Source of the DNA: Patescibacteria group bacterium | GTDB taxonomy: Bacteria; Patescibacteriota; Patescibacteriia; UBA10025; JAHIVO01 | Direction of reading: 5' to 3' | DNA length: 64,000 nucleotides | NCBI GenBank assembly: GCA_041650915.1 | Contig: JBAZKE010000002.1 | Location: forward strand, 80,638 to 144,637 | In this document: in pieces, positions 58,204-64,000 of the stretch | Numbering within the stretch: the stretch's first letter is position 1 | How the letters are laid out: each line of letters begins with the position of its first letter | The notes under the pieces: model-generated | The model's input: only the letters and a program-made list of their open reading frames with translations | Databases searched by the model: none | What the model was told of the DNA's origin: nothing | Translations under genes and position numbers: made by a program

Positions 58204-58212
58204 ACGCGACAG

Positions 58213-59922
58213 CTAGTTCATTTCCAAAAAATCAGCGAGTGACTGGTATTGGACGATAAGCTCCTCGATCCGATCAAGCTGCTCGTCGCGCTCTTGTACC
58301 TTCAAAGCATGCTCCTGCTCATGGAGTTCCAGCTGGGTTTGCACGTCGCGGTACGCGTCGTAATCTTCAAAAAGCTGCGTCGCATGGTACGTCTCGAGCG
58401 CGGCGGCAACCTGAAGCCGGGAGGTTTCAATCGACGTCTCAAGGTTAGCGATCTCCAGCTCAATGCCATTGAGCGATGAAATCTCCTGGCTGTATGTTTC
58501 TTCAAGGTCTCTCAAAGCTGCCACTATCGGCTCACGCTTACCGTAACCGCCGTAGCTCTTACCACCCGAAACCTTAAAAACACGGACGTTGCTGACGACA
58601 AGGTCGTCACTGCTGATATCGATGGCGCTCGCGGAAACGCCCTGAATATTCTGCTGTACTGCCTGCCCGAACTGCTCGACCTCGGTCGGCACCTGGCCCA
58701 CCACGAATCCCGTCACAGTCGTTTCAATATAACAGAAGCCTGAATTGAACGACGAGTGCTCTGGAGGGCACTGGACGCCGGGAGCGACGTGCCGATCCAT
58801 GTCAAAGAGTGCCGTGCCATAACCCATTTTCTGCAGCAGCACGATTGTCAAAAACGTCTTATCAGTGCAAATTCCCTTCCGGTCATAGAGCGTCTCATAC
58901 GGAAAACGGGGGAAGAAGCTCGCATCAATATCATCAACCACGGCCTGCGTTTCCGCATTGCTCTCAGTGCGGGCATCGAGCATCGACTGGCGTTTCTCAA
59001 AATCATATGGGATCGATTGGACAAAACTCGCGACAAAATCGACAGTCTCATCCTCGGTAAGCCCGCTCTCGCCTGCCATGCTGCTCAACGCTCCAGCTAC
59101 CTCCACTATCGTACCATCACGGTCAGTCTCCAGGTTGCCCAGAAACTTGCTATAATACTCAGTGGGGCTCGTCTCTCCCTCAAAAACCTTCACGGGGTGC
59201 TGCGCATAGAAGTCGTCGATCTCCCTATACAAATTCCTCTCGAGAGTATACTCCTCTCCGCGGTAATTCCACGTATACGTGTTCGAAATTATATCGACGG
59301 TGAGCTCCGGAAATTTTTTCTCATACCTGCCGATTTCACCGGGATACAGGTACAGGAAGGCCACCGCTATGAGGAGCGCAAATAATCCCGAGCAGGCGTA
59401 GTAGAGGTGCCTCCGCCGCTTTTTCTTGCGGTGCAGCGCTCCGGAATCCTCCCTGCTCGCTTCGTTCTGTGGCTTCGGAGTGAGCATTGATGCAACTTTT
59501 TCCACCACTTCCTCGGGCGTGTGCTCGGTATGCATCCAGTAATCGTCAATGAGGAGGTTGTTCGCCCACCGGACGCCGACCCACGAATCAACATCAGACA
59601 GCCCAAGGACGGGAATCGAACTCGTATCCTTGTGCTGCTTAAGGAGCTGGACCGCGGAAAAACCGTCCATCTTCGGCATGCTCGTATCCATGATGATCAG
59701 GTCGGGCTCCTCGTCGCGGATGAAACGGAGAAAGTGCTTCGGCGGATGCTGAAAGTGGTGGTAGGAAAAATGCCGCCTTGAGAAGGCTTTCCCATAGGCC
59801 ACGGCGAAATTGGCGTTGTTTTCAAAATGAAAAACTTTATAAGGCCGCTGTAAATCTGACCGCCGCGGTTTACTCTTTCGTTTTGCTTTTTCCTCCATTA
59901 TACTCATCAGTGTACTACTCAT
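58213..59922 (-). CDS. receiver domain - TM - transglutaminase-like domain - coiled-coil fusion protein
   Basis: PDLIIMDTSMPKMDG; FVQSIPY, PYETL..KGICTDK, HVAPG, YIETT. Confidence 0.8.
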   Translation of the reverse strand: MSSTLMSIMEEKAKRKSKPRRSDLQRPYKVFHFENNANFAVAYGKAFSRRHFSYHHFQHPPKHFLRFIRDEEPDLIIMDTSMPKMDGFSAVQLLKQHKDTSSIPVLGLSDVDSWVGVRWANNLLIDDYWMHTEHTPEEVVEKVASMLTPKPQNEASREDSGALHRKKKRRRHLYYACSGLFALLIAVAFLYLYPGEIGRYEKKFPELTVDIISNTYTWNYRGEEYTLERNLYREIDDFYAQHPVKVFEGETSPTEYYSKFLGNLETDRDGTIVEVAGALSSMAGESGLTEDETVDFVASFVQSIPYDFEKRQSMLDARTESNAETQAVVDDIDASFFPRFPYETLYDRKGICTDKTFLTIVLLQKMGYGTALFDMDRHVAPGVQCPPEHSSFNSGFCYIETTVTGFVVGQVPTEVEQFGQAVQQNIQGVSASAIDISSDDLVVSNVRVFKVSGGKSYGGYGKREPIVAALRDLEETYSQEISSLNGIELEIANLETSIETSRLQVAAALETYHATQLFEDYDAYRDVQTQLELHEQEHALKVQERDEQLDRIEELIVQYQSLADFLEMN

Positions 59923-60094
59923 AGTAAAATAAAAAAAGGCAGCTCACGATACACCACCGCAGTTTAGCTCAACACCCAACATGCCCGACCACGGGACGTT
60001 GACCGAAGGCAGCCTGGTTAACGGAAGCGCTAATGCTGCAGGCAGTCAATCACATTTGATAAGATAGCGCTCACTTGGTACAATAATCCCACGT

Positions 60095-60766
60095 ATGAAA
60101 TTAAAGAAAAATAGGAAGCCCCCCAGCTTCAACGCGATCATTACGGTCATGCTTTTTATCGCCGTACTCGTTGTCGGCTACTTTGTTTTTCTGAGCTGGC
60201 AGAACAGGCAGCAGGTCATAGAAGTAACAAACGTTAACATCGGATCCCTGCCGGAGAGCGGCGACCGCGAGGTGCCGGAGCGTACCCCGCTGGGGACAGC
60301 GCAGCCGGACTACCTCTGGATACCAGACCGGGGGATTGAAGCTCCTGTTGTTTATGTCAATGAAACAACTGAAGAAGCATTTCAAAAAGGACTCGAAGGC
60401 GGGGTTGTACACTATCCCGGCACCGCGGTCCCCGGTGAACCCGGAAACCCGTACCTCTTCGGCCACTCTTCAGACTACCTCTGGAAAGCGGGGGACTACA
60501 AACAGGTTCTCAAGGACCTCATCGATATTCCCCTTGAAACCAAAGTGCGGATCACCAACCATGCCGGAGAGCTGTTCATCTTCCGCGTTATCGAGACAAA
60601 AATTGTCGGCCCAAAAGAAGTATCCGTGCTCGACCAGCAAAACTACGAACGGGTGCTTCTCACGCTGCAAACCTCATATCCGCTCGGCACGGCTCTCAAG
60701 CGGTACATTGCCGTCTGTGAACTAGACGATGAAGCTACCTACGGGCCGGCAGGCACAGCGCAGTAA
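60095..60766 (+). CDS. sortase-fold protein with Ser at the catalytic Cys position
   Basis: N-terminal TM; GVVHYPGT..PGEPGN...FGHSS; LTLQTSYP.GT..KR. Confidence 0.88.
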   Translation: MKLKKNRKPPSFNAIITVMLFIAVLVVGYFVFLSWQNRQQVIEVTNVNIGSLPESGDREVPERTPLGTAQPDYLWIPDRGIEAPVVYVNETTEEAFQKGLEGGVVHYPGTAVPGEPGNPYLFGHSSDYLWKAGDYKQVLKDLIDIPLETKVRITNHAGELFIFRVIETKIVGPKEVSVLDQQNYERVLLTLQTSYPLGTALKRYIAVCELDDEATYGPAGTAQ

Positions 60767-60776
60767 TACACCGAAA

Positions 60777-60804
60777 CAAAAAACAGGCACAATGCCTGTT
60801 TTTG
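60777..60804. terminator. bidirectional intrinsic terminator
   Basis: AAAAACAGGCA-CAA-TGCCTGTTTTT between convergent genes. Confidence 0.75.
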
Positions 60805-60810
60805 TAACCA

Positions 60811-61836
60811 CTAAACCAACTTGCTCTGCAGGTTTCCTGGCGGCTTTTTTCCTAAGTGCCGGTACGCCATCTCAGTTGCAGCACGGCCGCGCGGGGTACG
60901 CGCCAGAAATCCGATCTGCATCAGGTATGGCTCATATACGTCCTCCAGCGTTGACTGGTCCTCTGATATTGCCGCGGCAATGGTATTAAGCCCGACAGGC
61001 CCGCCGCCGAACTTATCTATTATGGTAGTGAGTATCTTGCGGTCTACCTCGTCGAGTCCCCGCTCATCGACCTCGAGCTGCGAGAGTGCGTCAAGAGCGA
61101 TATTCGAGGTAACCCTTCCATCAGCCTTTACCTGCGCATAATCGCGCACGCGTTTTAGCAATCGGTTCGCGACCCTCGGTGTCCTGCGGGCGCGGCCCGC
61201 GATATGCTGCAACGCCTCCGGCTCCACAGCGACATCTAAAATCCGAGCGGACCGGCCGACAATCTGTTCTATGTCGCCATGCTCGTAGAAATCGAGCTTA
61301 TATACCGAGCCAAATCGGTCCCTCAGCGGGGATGAGAGGAGGTGTACGCGTGTCGTCGCGCCAACGAGGGTGAACTTCGGGAGGTCGAGGCGGAGCGTCC
61401 GCGCGGACGGACCCTTACCGACGACGAGGTCGAGTGCATAGTCCTCCATTGCCGGGTAGAGCACCTCCTCGACGATACGGTTCAAACGGTGGATCTCGTC
61501 GATGAATAGAATATCGCCATCCTCAAGATTGGTGAGGATAGCCCCGAGATCGCCGGCTTTCTCAATCGCAGGGCCGGATGTCACGCGAACGTTGACACCC
61601 ATTTCACCCGCGATGATGTGGGCGAGCGTTGTCTTGCCGATGCCGGGCGGCCCGTGCAAGAGCACGTGCTCAATCGGCTCGCCGCGCTTGCGCGCTGCCT
61701 CCATAAAAATGGTTAAGTTATCCTTAACCTTCTGCTGGCCAATAAACTCATCAAGCTGCTGCGGCCTGAGCGTAGCGTCGAGCGTCCGGTCTTCCGCCCG
61801 TTCACCTGAGGTTACAATTCTATTTGACGGAGCCAT
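60811..61836 (-). CDS. ruvB: Holliday junction branch migration helicase RuvB
   Basis: [32 protein letters not shown]...RTPRGR. Confidence 0.98.
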   Translation of the reverse strand: MAPSNRIVTSGERAEDRTLDATLRPQQLDEFIGQQKVKDNLTIFMEAARKRGEPIEHVLLHGPPGIGKTTLAHIIAGEMGVNVRVTSGPAIEKAGDLGAILTNLEDGDILFIDEIHRLNRIVEEVLYPAMEDYALDLVVGKGPSARTLRLDLPKFTLVGATTRVHLLSSPLRDRFGSVYKLDFYEHGDIEQIVGRSARILDVAVEPEALQHIAGRARRTPRVANRLLKRVRDYAQVKADGRVTSNIALDALSQLEVDERGLDEVDRKILTTIIDKFGGGPVGLNTIAAAISEDQSTLEDVYEPYLMQIGFLARTPRGRAATEMAYRHLGKKPPGNLQSKLV

Positions 61837-61841
61837 GGGGA

Positions 61842-62849
61842 TTATTTCCGCTGCCTTTTCTTCTTCCGTGCCGCCCGCTTCTTGCCCTTGAACCGCTGCA
61901 CACGGATGAGGCCGGAGCAGGGAATGACCTCAACGCCGCGCTGCTCGATCTCATCAAGAAACAAGTTCATGCCGACGGAGTCGGATGACATGTGCCCCGC
62001 GATTATTACATTGAGGTGGTGCTTCTCTGCCTCCTTCTTATAATCCTCATGGAGGTGCATGCCGATGATCGTGCCAATCCCGGCTTGCGCAAGCCGTTCG
62101 TACATGTCTTTTGAGCCCTCAGTTCCACCCGTGATTTCAGTGACCGCAATTTTTCCCGCGAAGCGGTCCTCCCTGCCGGTGAAGAGCATGGGGCCCGCCT
62201 TCTGCTTCATCGCGAGCGCGTACTCGGGAATTTTCTTCAGGAGCCTGATGACATCGCCCACGTACTCAAGGTTCTTCCGCTCACGCCGCAAGAGGCGCTC
62301 GAGGTACGTCGCCACCATATTGTCCGTTGCCGTATGGGTGCACATCATATCGAAACCCAAAAGCCGGGCTGCATCGAGCTCACGGTTATGGTTTACCGAC
62401 GATACTGAGCGGGAGACCTCAGCGAGCCTGATCTTCACGAGGCTTTCGGCAATCGTGATCGGAACCCCATACTGCGCGAGTACCTCCGCCTGCAGCTCCA
62501 TAACCTCATGGAGGCCGGCAAGCGCTGACCCTATCGGGTGGTGCGACAGGATGAGGTCGATCGGCCTCGTCTGTGCGATCTGCTGCGCTAACAGCACCTC
62601 CGCTGTTTTTATATCGATGCCCGCGAGGATCCTCTTCACTGGTTTATTGGGATCGGCAGCGAACATCCGCGTATCTGAAAAGGGATTAGCGAGGCTCTCA
62701 ATATCAAATTCTTTCTTCTGCTCAGTGGGGAGCTTCTCGTACTGCTCACGTTGCCGCTTAAGCCTGCGCCGCACCGTTGCGGCCCCCCGCAAGTCATTCT
62801 CAATGCCGAGCTTGATTGCGAGCTCATAAATCTGGCGTACTGTCATCAT
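61842..62849 (-). CDS. NIF3 (NGG1-interacting factor 3)-like metal-binding protein
   Basis: GID, SHHP, HTATD and AGHMSSD motifs. Confidence 0.75.
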   Translation of the reverse strand: MMTVRQIYELAIKLGIENDLRGAATVRRRLKRQREQYEKLPTEQKKEFDIESLANPFSDTRMFAADPNKPVKRILAGIDIKTAEVLLAQQIAQTRPIDLILSHHPIGSALAGLHEVMELQAEVLAQYGVPITIAESLVKIRLAEVSRSVSSVNHNRELDAARLLGFDMMCTHTATDNMVATYLERLLRRERKNLEYVGDVIRLLKKIPEYALAMKQKAGPMLFTGREDRFAGKIAVTEITGGTEGSKDMYERLAQAGIGTIIGMHLHEDYKKEAEKHHLNVIIAGHMSSDSVGMNLFLDEIEQRGVEVIPCSGLIRVQRFKGKKRAARKKKRQRK

Positions 62850-62908
62850 AAAATTGTCCACGTTTACAGGGATTAACGCACTGGCATTGTACCATCAGGG
62901 AGGAGCCC

Positions 62909-62937
62909 TTGACAAGCATTTCAAGGTATGATACGAT
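62909..62937 (+). promoter_or_regulatory. sigma70-like promoter upstream of the rod-shaped element
   Basis: TTGACA-N17-TACGAT with extended -10 TG. Confidence 0.65.
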
Positions 62938-62974
62938 GTCCTGTTCGCGCAGTAAATACCTTACCATTCGAATT

Positions 62975-63203
62975 TTTTCGGCTCAATAAACGCAGCCAGA
63001 ATCACCTGCCCGCCGCCCAATTTACACGGGCGTTCGGTGTGCCTAGCAGCCTGCAGTCACGACAAGCGTGGGGGTTGTTCATCAGGATAACCGGGGTTTC
63101 GACTTTGGTTACTCCTCCGAACAACCTTCTTGACTGCAGACTACTGGGTACACTACAATGACGTGGCCCGCTTATTCTGGCTGCTCCTGTTATAGAGTCA
63201 AAA
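62975..63203 (+). ncRNA. candidate rod-shaped structured RNA of unknown family
   Basis: Nested stems closing on a UUCG loop at 63098-63101; many G-U pairs; own promoter. Confidence 0.55.
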
Positions 63204-63357
63204 GTCAATTAACTTACAACACATAAAAACAGAGAAAGGAGGCTTACTCCAACGAAACCGTTCTTTCCATTTCAAGTGAGCATTGGATGCGCAGCAACAC
63301 ATAGGATCAGTGTACTGACCGTAAAAAACGTTAACCGTTTAATAGAGGAAGTACACG

Positions 63358-63900
63358 ATGATTCAAACAATGTTGAACTACAGCGTCGTCGTCGGGATCG
63401 TTATCCTGGCGGTGATCGGATGGGTAAAATCCGAAAGCAAGGGCTGGCGGAGGACTTCATTCGTCTGCCTGCTCATCATGTTTCCCTTCGCAATGTCATT
63501 CGGGGAACAGTGGTTCATATCACACAAGTCGCTGCTGTGGCTTTTTGGCATCGAGCAGGAGTTCGTTAACCGCACCGACTGGGGGCCCGTTTTCTTTCTC
63601 ATGATTCTCGGCCTCCTGATTCCACGCCTGCTGCGGTGGCCGATTAATTTCGCGGCCTCGTGGTATTCAAAGAGCGAAAAAACTCCCGGCTCGATCTCGC
63701 CGTATGCCGTCGTCGCTACGTTTCTCGCGCTCTCGCTGTACCTCGTCGCAGGTGCCGGCGCTTACCTCAACAAGACAAAGGGGTACCAGGTCGGCACAAA
63801 CGTCGTGGCGAGCATGAGCGAAACCGCATCGGATATTTTTGCGGCGGGAGATGATCTCTCGCGAGAGATCGGAAACAAGAAAAAACAGACGCGACCGTAG
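63358..63900 (+). CDS. hypothetical membrane protein
   Basis: About four TM segments; GAGGA before the ATG. Confidence 0.7.
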   Translation: MIQTMLNYSVVVGIVILAVIGWVKSESKGWRRTSFVCLLIMFPFAMSFGEQWFISHKSLLWLFGIEQEFVNRTDWGPVFFLMILGLLIPRLLRWPINFAASWYSKSEKTPGSISPYAVVATFLALSLYLVAGAGAYLNKTKGYQVGTNVVASMSETASDIFAAGDDLSREIGNKKKQTRP

Positions 63901-63942
63901 CTCAATGCCCGACTACCCACCGTACATACATAGGAGGTTCGT

Positions 63943-64000
63943 ATGTACACGATTTCAAACAAACTACCCGGCACACATAGGATATACGTGACCGGGTTTT
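63943..64000 (+). CDS. start of a CDS running off the window
   Basis: AGGAGG, then ATG; frame stays open to the window end (MYTISNKLPGTHRIYVTGF). Confidence 0.4.
   Translation, partial: MYTISNKLPGTHRIYVTGF

Noticed and set aside
59990-60030. SRP RNA-like segment (CCGAAGGCAGC within a hairpin)
   Set aside because: It lacks the helix-8 CAGG...GNRA...AGCAG arrangement and a long closing stem.
63891-63907. tRNA 5' fragment GCGACCGTAGCTCAATG overlapping a stop codon
   Set aside because: It resembles a tRNA start but has no D-stem 3' strand, anticodon arm or T-arm, so chance is likely.

Overview
This looks like a chromosomal window from a small-genome bacterium. The gene repertoire suggests Patescibacteria/CPR, which is my inference. 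It holds a type IV pilus locus, cell-envelope glycosyltransferases, a heliorhodopsin, a Fur/ZIP metal locus, rplS, rluD-like, cca-like, queA and ruvB genes, and seven tRNAs. The most striking signal is non-coding. Three separate tRNA genes (Lys-CTT, His-GTG, Val-TAC) each carry a related ~160-190 nt structured downstream module. Each module opens with an antisense copy of that tRNA's own T-loop, encloses a GGGCA...TGCCC multi-hairpin and closes with a duplicate of the tRNA 3' end. At tRNA-Lys a small GIY-YIG nuclease gene also sits between a duplicated, hairpin-interrupted tRNA 5' end and the intact tRNA, and its stop codon lies inside the tRNA. Other oddities are a ~225 nt rod-shaped candidate ncRNA with its own promoter, a Cys-to-Ser sortase, a His-less MsrQ-like protein, a PilM with a PilN-like tail, a receiver-transglutaminase fusion and an in-frame amber stop in a flippase. 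All calls come from motif recognition by eye; no searches or folding programs were run.
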